From IMG/VR virus record IMGVR_UViG_3300009093_000035, positions 124,001 through 188,000 of that record: a DNA stretch of 64,000 nucleotides; one strand, 5' to 3'. Both the position numbers and the translations under genes were made by a program. Below are positions 28,701-37,823 of the stretch, piece after piece (the first letter of the stretch is position 1; every line of letters begins with the position of its first letter). The notes below the pieces were generated by a model. It was not told the DNA's origin. It did not search any database and saw nothing but the letters and a program-made list of their open reading frames with translations.

Positions 28701-28974
28701 CCTGGCGAAGGAGCTGACGGATCCGAAGCGAGAACTTCTGGACTCGACCCGTGAGAAGGATCGTCCGAACCTCTACGTTCTCCAACGACTGCTTCGCGCG
28801 CTCGACGACCGATTCGTTCCACCAATCGATCGTGGGCTCCTCCGGCACGCAAGGCGTCGAGAGGGAGTTGAGGTCGCCCCACCACTCCGCCCCTTCTTTC
28901 CACCAGATGGGAGGCTCCGGACTCTTGAAGAGAGTCCCATCGAAGTCGTAGACGTGAAGCTTGATAGGCCTCAT
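25738..28974 (-). CDS. Fusion of HAD phosphatase (Swiss-army-knife RNA-repair type), DNA topoisomerase IB core and a long acidic helical region
   Basis: HAD: YDFDGTLF, LLTGR, K, WEDR. TopIB pentad: ERVGNE, VGKSG, KDIRG, VGHE, RSDYL. Confidence 0.85.
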   Translation of the reverse strand: MRPIKLHVYDFDGTLFKSPEPPIWWKEGAEWWGDLNSLSTPCVPEEPTIDWWNESVVERAKQSLENVEVRTILLTGRVQKFSLRIRQLLRQAGLDFQEIYLSPGDTDTERFKLETIKKILSKQPSIRGVAIWEDRLGHLRTFADWIESNGRSCVPHLVTVARHDVDCPPPLSARLASAVVVAARYKSKTKDDEGNVHYEYSDRQVANRHSEKAERIERLRKDLSDLRKMIKKDISSKDPKVALPALAAALMDETCERVGNEGSAEEGHYGVTGWRKKHISFSGSKATLKYVGKSGVKHEKVVESAPVVKLLKELAEGKKGDDCLLSRDDYTVKPEAVNDYLSEFDITAKDIRGLRANQEMCKALREQRKEGPDLPRARKERDKILKKEFADALEEVADIVGHEKATLRSDYLVPGLEDAFMKDGTILSSFKESKSATKTEAEKEDEATEALLKPEPKKKPPRKDLQNHRVDSGDKDLDATDDDLSLNYKKVALRVAMAYFMTAPSRVASRYLLALDSEEDDEFLESVEGKTFHNKETNKDVKFQSLPDEEQKRIRAEWAEKAKEFEEEGSKEDKLRKKKREQEEARKRDLKGLPPKPPKPEPKPESGEAPPDPKKQQEDADAEEEAQYKRDEAEELDKRRRSEIHQKAQSVKDSPAFSKEDSRFVKSTLDSLTEQMTTEDAEKFVEKLTADRDEAIGRMAAGNSPSTKKPPSPEKIEKLKSKYEDLNDEIEGLKRSFAKTQGDRILQLTEKRDQVEKELQSSFSKFFVHAATAEAARNPMTYIGDTSSPIDKAGVKERTSKTVERFDGMSPDDRAETKKTFARVRTDTQDKISDLEEKLSSNSGAPQSPEEREADQKELEQLRNRMGYLAADHRALELSSALEGDDDSESSIPTGTRTMLRSLKESGVDVSDMIEAGLGVPGSEPSAEVVSDMVRKLQPEQMEKALEAVDPSGKLAASWRKIYDGEDSEDEADYVWPFSGLKASQRERVRNAHDVFTELLTNVAVEDAASEREPLTEMRREKAPSRSKPTDFSGPGDSSESEEKAPYESQVQDAIGDLVDLDIDTGSSNKTSSLEWNW

Positions 28975-28977
28975 TCG

Positions 28978-29442
28978 TCAGCCTTCGTGAGAAGCCGTGT
29001 GGGCCCTCTTCCGAACCAGGGCGAGGTCTGCAACGTGAGAAGCAAGGGAGATCCGACCCTCGGGCGAGGCCAACCGACTCGCCTCGGTCATCTCCCGAAG
29101 GTCGAAACACTCCGGGGCGAAGTCCTTCCGGATGTCCCGAAGCGCCTGGGCGATCTCCCGAGGGTCTTCCTCGTCGATCCACCTCTCCTGAAGGTCGCGA
29201 ACGAAGTCCGCCTTCCCTTCGAGTAGGGACTCCCACTTCTGCTTCGTATCGAGGGAGAGGGCCTCCTCGAAGAGGGCTTCGATCGTGAGGAAGTGCTTCC
29301 GGATACAGTCATGACAGCGCTTCCGCTCGTTGTTGAGGTGATCCTCCAAGAGCGCGCACTGCTTGCAGATCTCCCTCAGGTTGAAGAGGGGGTGCATGAT
29401 CGGAAGAAGGTCTTCCGTGGCGATGATGCGTCGGCGGTTCAA
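28978..29442 (-). CDS. Hypothetical protein (C..CIRKH); start probably the TTG at 29442
   Basis: Late motif CGGT-N7-CTAT at 29472-29486 overlaps the track's start codon. Confidence 0.65.
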   Translation of the reverse strand: MNRRRIIATEDLLPIMHPLFNLREICKQCALLEDHLNNERKRCHDCIRKHFLTIEALFEEALSLDTKQKWESLLEGKADFVRDLQERWIDEEDPREIAQALRDIRKDFAPECFDLREMTEASRLASPEGRISLASHVADLALVRKRAHTASHEG

Positions 29443-29491
29443 GTCCAGATCCGTCCTAAGCCCCGGCGGCCATAGGCTCAGCACCGGGGTG

Positions 29492-31273
29492 TTAGAACCG
29501 ACTCTCTTCCTTATCCGTGGGCTTCGTGTACTTCAGGTTGAGCCTCTTCGCGAGGATCTCGTTGAAGTCGCTGTTCTCGACGAGCTGACGCCCCGCTTCC
29601 CCGTACATCGTTCCGATCAGGTCGTTGAACTTCGAGTCGTTCACCGTGAACATGTCTCGGGTCAACTTCTCCTTCGTCGAGTGGGGGTCGATGTTGAGAA
29701 GTTCGAGGATGATGTCGATGTCGAGGGAGCCCTTCTGGTAGAGGTTGAAGAGCGCGTCGAAGGTGTCGGCGTTGTCTCGAAGCGCGAGACGCGTGAACGA
29801 GAGACCGGGAACGATGATGTTCTCGTTCCCGTCGTCGTCCTCCTCGACGAAGCCCATGCGCTTACACATCGGCTTCAGGAGATTGTTCTCGATCATGTCC
29901 TGAAGGATCTCTCGGAGGAGCATGTACCGAGTGTTGATCACTTCGAGGTTGATTCGGTCGCCGGAGTAGCTCGACTCACCGGAGAGGAGTGACTCGGTCA
30001 CGCCGAGACCCGCGTACATCTGACGATCCGTCATCTCGTACTCGCCCGAGAGTTCGAGGAGGCGCTGCTGGCTCCCCATCTCTTCCCAGTGGAGTTCGAA
30101 GTTCGTGATGATCGAGTAGTCCGGGTCCATGAGGGCCAGGTCGACCTGCTCGCGGATCGCGTCCACGTCGGCGATGCTGGCGTCTTCGGCCCAGATCACC
30201 CGGATCGGGGTCATGTGACGAGAGGCGATAGACGTCTGAGCCTGGCGGAGCTTGTCGCGGTAGACGAGGATCCGAAGGCACCGCTCCAGGAGCGAGTGGC
30301 CGCGGGGCTCGTACTGAGACTTCTTCCGGGCCATGTAGTAGACGAAGGACCCGGCGTCCGGATTCGTGTTCAGGGGGATGTTCTGGCCGCTGCGGATCGA
30401 CTCCACGACCGACGGGGGCATCGACTCCACAACCCGTTGCGCGTGCTCGTCTCCGGAGTCGGCCCTCTGAATCACGTCCTTCGTCTTCGAGTCCGCGATC
30501 AGCTCGATCAGCTTCTCGTCCGTGAAGGGGAAGCCCTCCATGTGGACCTGTTCCGGAGGAAGGACGCGAAGGGCGGTCCAGCCCTTGTAGTTCTTCCGGA
30601 GCCAGCGACTCGTCCTCTCGGCCCAGTCGGATCGACGCCGCTTCTCCTCGACTGGATGGCCGGAAACGTCGATCTCCCGGATCATCTCGAACTCGATGTC
30701 TTCGGGCATGTCCGGGGAGTTGTCCTCCGCGAACACGTAGACCTCGCCCAGAAGGTTGTACTCGTGGACGATCTCGATCAGACGATGGAGGAGCCCGATC
30801 TCCTTCGCCCACTTCGTACAGAAGTTCAGCGAGGCCTCGGCGATGTCCCTGTTCTTCGCCTCGGGCTTCCGGAGACGGATCTTCGAGAGAGGAAGCTCCG
30901 TGTGGAGATCGACAGCCTGGCCTACGAACGGATCCGCCCCATAGAAGAAGCGGTAGTAGTTCCGCTTCTCGTCCGCCGATTGGGGTAGTTCGAGGAAGTC
31001 GGTCGAAAGCTCGGGGCTGTAGAAGTTACCCCCGCTCGCCGACGCGACACCGCCCGTAGCCGGGAAAGCAACCTTGGAGCGGAGGGCGCTCGTGATCACT
31101 CGCTTCGGAGGACCCGTTTCTACGTTCGCCTTCTTCGCGATCCGTCGGACCTCGACCGCCTCCTGAGACTCCCGAGTCGTGCGGCGATTGTCGGCCGCCA
31201 CGACCTTCCCCTTTTTGGGGATCCGTCGGACTTCCAATCCGTCCTGATTCTGGGTCTGCTTACGAGTAGGCAT
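29492..31273 (-). CDS. Portal protein
   Basis: 593 aa downstream of TerL; RFFY..DPFVGQAVDLHTELPLS, RGHSLLERC, GLGV...LSGESSYS. Confidence 0.85.
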   Translation of the reverse strand: MPTRKQTQNQDGLEVRRIPKKGKVVAADNRRTTRESQEAVEVRRIAKKANVETGPPKRVITSALRSKVAFPATGGVASASGGNFYSPELSTDFLELPQSADEKRNYYRFFYGADPFVGQAVDLHTELPLSKIRLRKPEAKNRDIAEASLNFCTKWAKEIGLLHRLIEIVHEYNLLGEVYVFAEDNSPDMPEDIEFEMIREIDVSGHPVEEKRRRSDWAERTSRWLRKNYKGWTALRVLPPEQVHMEGFPFTDEKLIELIADSKTKDVIQRADSGDEHAQRVVESMPPSVVESIRSGQNIPLNTNPDAGSFVYYMARKKSQYEPRGHSLLERCLRILVYRDKLRQAQTSIASRHMTPIRVIWAEDASIADVDAIREQVDLALMDPDYSIITNFELHWEEMGSQQRLLELSGEYEMTDRQMYAGLGVTESLLSGESSYSGDRINLEVINTRYMLLREILQDMIENNLLKPMCKRMGFVEEDDDGNENIIVPGLSFTRLALRDNADTFDALFNLYQKGSLDIDIILELLNIDPHSTKEKLTRDMFTVNDSKFNDLIGTMYGEAGRQLVENSDFNEILAKRLNLKYTKPTDKEESRF

Positions 31274-31281
31274 CTCTGGTC

Positions 31282-31677
31282 TCAGATCTCAGATTCCTCG
31301 TCCTCAGCCATGGGCGAGGGCGGAGGAGGTGGGGGAGGCGGGGGCGGAGGCTGGATCTTCTCCTTGGGAATCTTCTTCTGGGGTGGGATCTTCTTCTCCG
31401 GGGGGATCTTCCTGATCGGGTCAATAGGACCCTTCTCCGAAGAAGACAGGTCCAGACCCCCTCCGACTCTTCCGACGTCGGAGAGAACAGCCAGGACTCT
31501 CCTCAAGTCTTTCCCGACTCGGCGAGCCCGCAGCCTTTCGGTCCGGTCCTCCACCGTTCGATCGAACTCTTCGCAGTCTTGAATAGCCCTCAGGACGAAC
31601 TTCTCGGAGACTACCAGGTGTTCGGCGATCCGACGATCGATGTCGGTTCTAGCCGAACTGATACGGTAGCGACCCAT
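31282..31677 (-). CDS. Hypothetical protein with an 11-proline tract
   Basis: KKIPP repeats followed by P11. Confidence 0.6.
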   Translation of the reverse strand: MGRYRISSARTDIDRRIAEHLVVSEKFVLRAIQDCEEFDRTVEDRTERLRARRVGKDLRRVLAVLSDVGRVGGGLDLSSSEKGPIDPIRKIPPEKKIPPQKKIPKEKIQPPPPPPPPPPPSPMAEDEESEI

Positions 31678-31694
31678 AGACCCCTACTGTACCT

Positions 31695-31949
31695 TCAATC
31701 CCAAGAGGGAGTCTTCGTCAGGTACCCGTTCTTGTAGGCTATCTTGATGATCTTCTTCAGGAGCCGGACCTGGTCGATGTCTCCGTCGAAGACCCCCTCC
31801 CAGCTTCCTTCAGCGCGATCGAAGACCCGAACAATCAGGTCGTACTCCTCCGGAAGATGGACGACCTTGTACATCGCCTCCAGGATCTTCTTGATGATCC
31901 TGTAGTCGGCTCTCACCGGTACCAACGGGTCGTTCTTCGCAGTCTTCAC
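31695..31949 (-). CDS. Hypothetical protein
   Basis: GTGA overlap with the TerL stop. Confidence 0.6.
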   Translation of the reverse strand: MKTAKNDPLVPVRADYRIIKKILEAMYKVVHLPEEYDLIVRVFDRAEGSWEGVFDGDIDQVRLLKKIIKIAYKNGYLTKTPSWD

Positions 31950-33793
31950 CGAATCGGCCTTCCCCTACCCAAAGACACTCCGCGAGGAACCATCCGAGAT
32001 TCGACGCTTCCGCTTCTCAGGAGTCTCCGACGAGAGAGCCCTACGTTAGAGCCGAACCCTGACGAACTACCGAGAGGGAGCCCGGTTCGGGTGAGATGGG
32101 GTTGTTTCAGGAGGCGATTCGAGGCGAGCCACACCATTCGGACGAGAGCGTCCGACATGTCGTCGTGCTTCCCTTCGATGTTTGGGGCTTCGACTGTAGT
32201 GATGTACTTCGAGTGATACCGGGCCTGGAGTTCGAGAAGCTCCTTGATGTAGGCGCAGTGCTCTTCGTGGGCTTCCTTCGGCCAGTCGTAGAGACCTAGC
32301 CGGTTGTCCCACAACATCGACTTGAAGTTCTGGAAGATCTGGGACGTCAACGGCTTCGTCATGACGACCGACTTCAGCTGGGTGAGACCCCGCTTCTTCA
32401 GCGCCTGTTCGAAGGGGATACCAGTCCACTGGTCGAAGATCCCGTCGATCACATAGAACTTGTTACACCACTCCTTCACCCAATCGGCTACGTCGTCGAA
32501 GTCGAGGCGATCCACATCCTCGTACTTCCCTTCACCAGCCTTGATCTGATCGACCATATCGACCAAGATCTTCCCCTTCTCATCGATGTGGCCGAGCGAG
32601 ATCGCCGTCGCGTCTCCCTTGAGCGCCAAGTCGATTCCCATGAAGTAGGGACGACGGGGCATCCCTCGAACCTGGGGTCGGAGAACAGGGTTGATACACT
32701 TCGTGAGGTCGGTCTTGTCTTCGATCCAACCGCGAGTACGGTCCGTGAACTCGCCGCCGTACTCCGTGAAGAAGACCGTGGAGTCCTTCAAGTAGTGCTT
32801 CTCGAACTCCGTCGCCGGAATCGTCGGGTTCACTTCCCAGGTCGGAGCCTGGATACAGAGCATGGTGTCGGAGACCGAGCCTCCGCCCATACCCATCTGG
32901 AAGAGCTTGTAGAACAAGCCCTGACGACCCAAAGGGGACGAGATCAGGATCACGCGGGCTTCGACCGACCCGATAGAGACTCGCGAGTTCGTCGGATCCT
33001 TCGGCGAGAAAGCCGAGGTCGAGGGGACGACGGCGTTGTAGACGGCGTCGGCCGAGGATTGGCCAGCGTCGGTGAAGTGGGCCACCTCGTCGAGGATGAC
33101 AACGATGTTACCGGAACCACGAAGACCCTTCGCGATACAGGACCGGAAGGTGACTCGGATCGAGGCCTTCGCGTTCTTGTTCTCTGAGTAGGGGCCGTAC
33201 TTCTCAACGTCCTTCGGCGACTGGAATCGCGCGTAAGACATCGTGTTGTTCGCCATGTACGGCATGAAGAAGTCGCAGTTACGGAAGTGGCCGGAGACCT
33301 CCTGGTAGAGGATGCCCGCCTGGTCCTTGTCCGTAGCGACCGAGATCAGCTGGATAGCGTTCGAGGGAGGGAGACCGTAGTAGGCCTGGGGGTCACCCTT
33401 CGAAATCAGCTTGTAGGTCTCGTAGGCAGCGATACAGGCCGAGATCGTGGTCTTACCGGAGCGGCGGCCGATCGAAAGGATCATCTCCCGCCGGTCGTGG
33501 CCAGCGGTCACCTCTTTGATCGAGGAGCGACCCTCTTTGAAGAGGTACTCCAGGTACTCCTTCTCCGTGAACTCCAGGAACTTCTGACGGCGCCAGTCGG
33601 AGATCTTGAACTTGACCTTGTCGTCTAGCTCGATCCCGTAATGGGCCTTCAGGATGACCTTTTGGACCGGGAAGAGCTTCATGTTGAGCCCCCAGGGCTC
33701 TTCGATGAACTCGATCGGTCCTACGACCTGTTTCTTCTTGGTAATCGAGGAAACGGCACGAGCGCCCGCGAGGGCTATGTTTCCCAGACTCAA
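31946..33793 (-). CDS. terL: Terminase large subunit
   Basis: Q motif PVQ, Walker A GRRSGKT, Walker B VVILDE, ISSP coupling motif, nuclease GIDLA and HDDMSDA. Confidence 0.95.
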   Translation of the reverse strand: MSLGNIALAGARAVSSITKKKQVVGPIEFIEEPWGLNMKLFPVQKVILKAHYGIELDDKVKFKISDWRRQKFLEFTEKEYLEYLFKEGRSSIKEVTAGHDRREMILSIGRRSGKTTISACIAAYETYKLISKGDPQAYYGLPPSNAIQLISVATDKDQAGILYQEVSGHFRNCDFFMPYMANNTMSYARFQSPKDVEKYGPYSENKNAKASIRVTFRSCIAKGLRGSGNIVVILDEVAHFTDAGQSSADAVYNAVVPSTSAFSPKDPTNSRVSIGSVEARVILISSPLGRQGLFYKLFQMGMGGGSVSDTMLCIQAPTWEVNPTIPATEFEKHYLKDSTVFFTEYGGEFTDRTRGWIEDKTDLTKCINPVLRPQVRGMPRRPYFMGIDLALKGDATAISLGHIDEKGKILVDMVDQIKAGEGKYEDVDRLDFDDVADWVKEWCNKFYVIDGIFDQWTGIPFEQALKKRGLTQLKSVVMTKPLTSQIFQNFKSMLWDNRLGLYDWPKEAHEEHCAYIKELLELQARYHSKYITTVEAPNIEGKHDDMSDALVRMVWLASNRLLKQPHLTRTGLPLGSSSGFGSNVGLSRRRLLRSGSVESRMVPRGVSLGRGRPIR

Positions 33794-33797
33794 GAGA

Positions 33798-34541
33798 TCA
33801 CTCCTTCGTCATCCGCGACTTCGCTTCGGTCTTCCACTCTTCGTCGAGACTGTTCGCGAACTTCGCGAAGGTGCTCTCCTTCAGCTCCTCTCGGACCCCA
33901 GCCAGGTCCATCGCTTTCGCGAAGGTCTCGCCGATGAACTGGAAGAGAGACTTGAAGGCGGGGCTCTCCAGGTCAACGGCCTGGTTCTGGATCTGTTCCT
34001 TCCGCTTGATCCAGGTATCTCCGATCGCCTTCAGCGCGGCCACCCGGCGCATCGAGAGAGTCGACGTCTCTTCCCCCTGACGCTCGGCCTCCATCCGCTC
34101 GAAACGCAGCGAGGCGGCCTCCTCGGCAATCCCTAGCACAACCTGGTTGAGGACGTCCGGGGACTCCGGGGTCGTCTCGGCGGTGAGGACGATCGGATCG
34201 CTACGGAGCGAGGCTTCCTTGATACGAATCAGGTCCCCGGCGCGCTCCGTAGTCGGGGCGAGCGTCTCGTGGAGAGAGCCGATCGCCTTCGGGCGACCGA
34301 TCGGATGTTCCATCCACTGGGGCTGACCGTTCGACTTGAGGTCGAGGGTATCCGTAGGCTTCACCCCATTCGGGACTTCGCGCCAGCGGACCTTCCCCTT
34401 CTCGTCGATCACCTTCACCCGGAGCATCCCGGGCGGGATCGCGAACCCCTTCACGAGGCGAGACACCTCCGGAACCTTCTCGACAACTACGTTGAGAACT
34501 TCGTCGATGATGTCGGGGGTGTTGTTGTCTTGGGCGCCCAT
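33798..34541 (-). CDS. Candidate terminase small subunit
   Basis: Directly upstream of terL; helical; GRPK motif. Mostly a positional call. Confidence 0.5.
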   Translation of the reverse strand: MGAQDNNTPDIIDEVLNVVVEKVPEVSRLVKGFAIPPGMLRVKVIDEKGKVRWREVPNGVKPTDTLDLKSNGQPQWMEHPIGRPKAIGSLHETLAPTTERAGDLIRIKEASLRSDPIVLTAETTPESPDVLNQVVLGIAEEAASLRFERMEAERQGEETSTLSMRRVAALKAIGDTWIKRKEQIQNQAVDLESPAFKSLFQFIGETFAKAMDLAGVREELKESTFAKFANSLDEEWKTEAKSRMTKE

Positions 34542-34588
34542 AGAGGTTCTTGTACTCTACCTCACTTGGAGGCAGACCCCACAGACTC

Positions 34589-35227
34589 TCAGGGAGAAGT
34601 GGGGGGAAGCTCAACCGGCGCAGACTGAGTCTTCACCGTCTTCACGACGAAGAAGGTCTTCCGATAGTTGGGGGACACCGAGAGGAGCGTCGGTCCCGTC
34701 ATGTAGATCTGGAACGGAACCCCGCCCAAGATCGTGGACATGTCGTCCGTGGCCTTGATCGGGAGAGTGCCGTTCGAACTCATGGAGGTGATGTAGACGT
34801 CGCTCGCGACGGCGACTGCCTTGATGTCCTGGTACTGGTTGAGAGCCTTCGCCAGAGACGTAGCAACTGCGGTCGTCGGACCGGCGCCGCTACCATTCCC
34901 GGCTCCGAACTCTTCGGACGCAGTGATGTACTGATCGAAGAGGGCCACCTCTTCGCGAAGGTAGAGAGGGGCTGGAGGAGCGACGGCCGGATCCCAGAAG
35001 TCCGAGTTCACGATCTTGATGGAGGCCGTGAACGAGGCCGCGCTCGGGGCCGGTGGGGTCTGAACGGGTCCGCCCACCCTTCCGTTTCCCTGGGGCGTCG
35101 TGATCATGGAGAGCTTGAACCCTCCGCGCGCGACCTTCGGGTTACCCGACTCCCCGCGACTGGGATCCGAACTCTGAGTCAGAGCCGCTACGAGGATCGT
35201 GAAAGGCTTCGGGTAGCTGGGGTTCAT
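34589..35227 (-). CDS. Putative structural protein
   Basis: Likely start MNPSY at 35227 with GAGGAG SD. Confidence 0.65.
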   Translation of the reverse strand: MNPSYPKPFTILVAALTQSSDPSRGESGNPKVARGGFKLSMITTPQGNGRVGGPVQTPPAPSAASFTASIKIVNSDFWDPAVAPPAPLYLREEVALFDQYITASEEFGAGNGSGAGPTTAVATSLAKALNQYQDIKAVAVASDVYITSMSSNGTLPIKATDDMSTILGGVPFQIYMTGPTLLSVSPNYRKTFFVVKTVKTQSAPVELPPTSP

Positions 35228-35229
35228 GA

Positions 35230-37227
35230 TCACTCCTCGTCGTCGAGGACGAAGCCCTCGAACAAGACCTCTCCGAGATCCTCCGGCGGAGGAACGTTGT
35301 CGTAGGTGATGTCGTCGAGGTTGTCGTTCTGGAGTCGATACTCCTGCTCGTCGAACGAAGCGGCGTAGAGGGACGCCGTGCGGTCGTCCGTGTTCGCCAG
35401 ACGAATCATCTCTTCCTGGTACCGGGCCGCCTGCTTCTCGGGGACCGAGGCGATGATCGTCTTGTTGTACTTCTGGCACGTGTCGTCCACGTTCGAAGCA
35501 CACGACCCGCACCGACTCATGCCGAGAACGGCCTTGATGGCGTTCGCGCGGTGGACGAGAGCCCCCTTATCGCATCCACTCGTCCCCTCGGGGGACGCGT
35601 AGGCGCTCGCTTCGACGTAGAGGTGTCCCGAGAGACCCTCATGCTTCTTCCGAAGCTGGACGAGGGGTTCGCTCGCCTTCTTCAGGAGGTCCGCGGCGAA
35701 GCGAGCCTTCAGGCGCGCGTCGAGGTCCCGGCCCGCCTCCCCTTCCGTCATAGCGACGGAGGCCCAGCGAAGAAGTCGACGGACCTCCATGGGCTGGGAG
35801 AGTTCCGCCTGTTCGGCGGCCGAGATCTTGGAAGCCTGCTTCATCGACTGAGCCGGCTCGTAGACGGGGCCGGTGTAGCCCTTCGTCTGGGAGATGTTCG
35901 CGGTCACGGCCTCGGCCGCCGTTCGATAGAGTTCGAACGGATCCGAGATCCGGGCCTTCATCTCCAGAGCCTTCTTCGTCGTGAGGAGACCGGCGCGGAC
36001 CCAACGGTCGATCCGAGCGTCCGCCTTCTTCCGAAGACCTTCCGCCGCCGTCTTCGTCTTCACGATGACCCGAGCGTTCTGAGCCGCCGCGAGACCTTCC
36101 CGAGCTTCCTTCTCGGAGGCGACGGGGGCGACGTACGTCGGGAACAGAGTCGCCGCGCGAGTCTGTTCCTCCTGGTTCAGGAAGGCCACCTTCAGAGCCT
36201 TCCGAGGATCTCCCGAGGCGAGCTTCCGCCCTGCCGCCGAGAGAACCGATCGGTAGTGACTCGCGGCCTCGTCCCACGGGATCGAGGTGACGACCTTCTT
36301 CCCGAGGTAGTTCTCGTAGGAAGAGAGCTTCGAGCCCGGGGTCGTGAGGAAGTAGCGCGCCGAGGCGCAGCGCTTCCGGATCGCCGAGTCCCACTTCCCC
36401 GAAGTGATCGAGGGGAAAGCCGAGTCTCGAACGAAGACGTTCCCCGAGAGCCCGTGCTCCGCTCGGATCATCCGAACCGCCGAAGCCGTCCGCTGAAGGA
36501 CCGGGTGATCGAGGGTGTGCCCCTTCGCCAGGTACGGGTCGATTGCCGCCTTCACATCCCCAAGGATGGAAGAGAGGTCCGCCCCGAAAGCCGAGCGCCG
36601 CATCGCGTGAGCCACGATGTCCCGGAACTGATCTCCGGGAAGCTCCGAGACGGGAGGGAGAACCGGGCGGGGGTACTCGACGTTCGGGACGAGGTTCTGA
36701 CCGTCCGTACGACGATTCACGCCCCACGCCTGTGCCAACTCCTGGCGCGTCCCAGATTCGGGATCGTCCTCGACCACCGTCTGGTTCAGCTCGTTCCGGT
36801 ACTTCTCGAAGAGGTTGACGCTCTCGGGAAGGCGGGCCGGATCTTGGGTCGCGGACTCCAGCCAGTTCAGGTTGGGGAGCTGACTTCGAGCCGCCCACCC
36901 GGCCTCCTTCGAGACCCCTTCCTCTTCCATGAGATCTCCGAGATCCATGGACTCTTCGTCGGCAGTCGTAGAGAGCATCCCCACATCGAAGTTCGCGGAA
37001 GGCGGGTTCTCGACGCCCGCGAACCCGTCCGGAAGTCCGGACAGACCGCGCGTCGAACGAGGCATGTCGACCCCTAGCTCGCGCTGGGAACGGGGCTGGC
37101 TGGTGGTCTTCTCGGCTGCGTCCACGCCATCTCCGTATTCCGAGTCGAAATCGAAACCATCCATCATGTAGTTGGACCCGAGAGTCGGGACCCACCCGCC
37201 GTCAGGCAACTGTGAAGACTTCGTCAT
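35230..37227 (-). CDS. Large putative head/core protein, rich in (K/R)xA motifs
   Basis: Start MTKSS at 37227 (ATGA overlap); Cys cluster near the C-terminus. Confidence 0.7.
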   Translation of the reverse strand: MTKSSQLPDGGWVPTLGSNYMMDGFDFDSEYGDGVDAAEKTTSQPRSQRELGVDMPRSTRGLSGLPDGFAGVENPPSANFDVGMLSTTADEESMDLGDLMEEEGVSKEAGWAARSQLPNLNWLESATQDPARLPESVNLFEKYRNELNQTVVEDDPESGTRQELAQAWGVNRRTDGQNLVPNVEYPRPVLPPVSELPGDQFRDIVAHAMRRSAFGADLSSILGDVKAAIDPYLAKGHTLDHPVLQRTASAVRMIRAEHGLSGNVFVRDSAFPSITSGKWDSAIRKRCASARYFLTTPGSKLSSYENYLGKKVVTSIPWDEAASHYRSVLSAAGRKLASGDPRKALKVAFLNQEEQTRAATLFPTYVAPVASEKEAREGLAAAQNARVIVKTKTAAEGLRKKADARIDRWVRAGLLTTKKALEMKARISDPFELYRTAAEAVTANISQTKGYTGPVYEPAQSMKQASKISAAEQAELSQPMEVRRLLRWASVAMTEGEAGRDLDARLKARFAADLLKKASEPLVQLRKKHEGLSGHLYVEASAYASPEGTSGCDKGALVHRANAIKAVLGMSRCGSCASNVDDTCQKYNKTIIASVPEKQAARYQEEMIRLANTDDRTASLYAASFDEQEYRLQNDNLDDITYDNVPPPEDLGEVLFEGFVLDDEE

Positions 37228-37823
37228 TCGCGACCTCGCCTCATGGCAGCTCGTACGAACGCCCGCTTCGTGAGTTGGTCGTTCTCCTCGTCCATCTCTT
37301 CTTCTTGTTCTTCGGCCCAACCCTCAGGGTCAGCCTTGATGTCGAGGGCGTCCTCGACGATCTGCTCCACTTCCTCGCGGTCTTCCGGATCTTCCTGACG
37401 CGAGATAGCCGCCCAGTGGGGAGCGCGGATCTCGTCGTAGAGGGTATCCGACAGAGCGGAGAGGGACTCCACGATGTTCATGTAGGCTCGCCGCATCTCG
37501 GCGATCTTCTGGATGTAGCCCTTCCCTCCCAACGACCCGTCGGGGGAGATGTCCGCGGACTTCAACTTCGCGAAGACCGTGTAAGCAGCCATGGCGTACC
37601 CCATGGCCGAGTTCGTTGAGCGAAGAACCTTCGCGAGAGGCTTCGTGTTCTTCGGGTCGAAGGCGAAGTCCTGGGTGATCTTCCGTTCCTGGGGACCAGC
37701 GTCGTTCCACGCCCACTGAGAGGCGTCGTTCGACTTATCCTTGATGAAACGGACCTCGCCCGCCGTGCGCATCATCGCACGCTTCGCTACGCGGGAAGGA
37801 TCGGGCCTACGACTCATGGTCAT
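37224..37823 (-). CDS. Hypothetical late-operon protein
   Basis: 199 aa, ATGA-coupled. Confidence 0.7.
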   Translation of the reverse strand: MTMSRRPDPSRVAKRAMMRTAGEVRFIKDKSNDASQWAWNDAGPQERKITQDFAFDPKNTKPLAKVLRSTNSAMGYAMAAYTVFAKLKSADISPDGSLGGKGYIQKIAEMRRAYMNIVESLSALSDTLYDEIRAPHWAAISRQEDPEDREEVEQIVEDALDIKADPEGWAEEQEEEMDEENDQLTKRAFVRAAMRRGRE

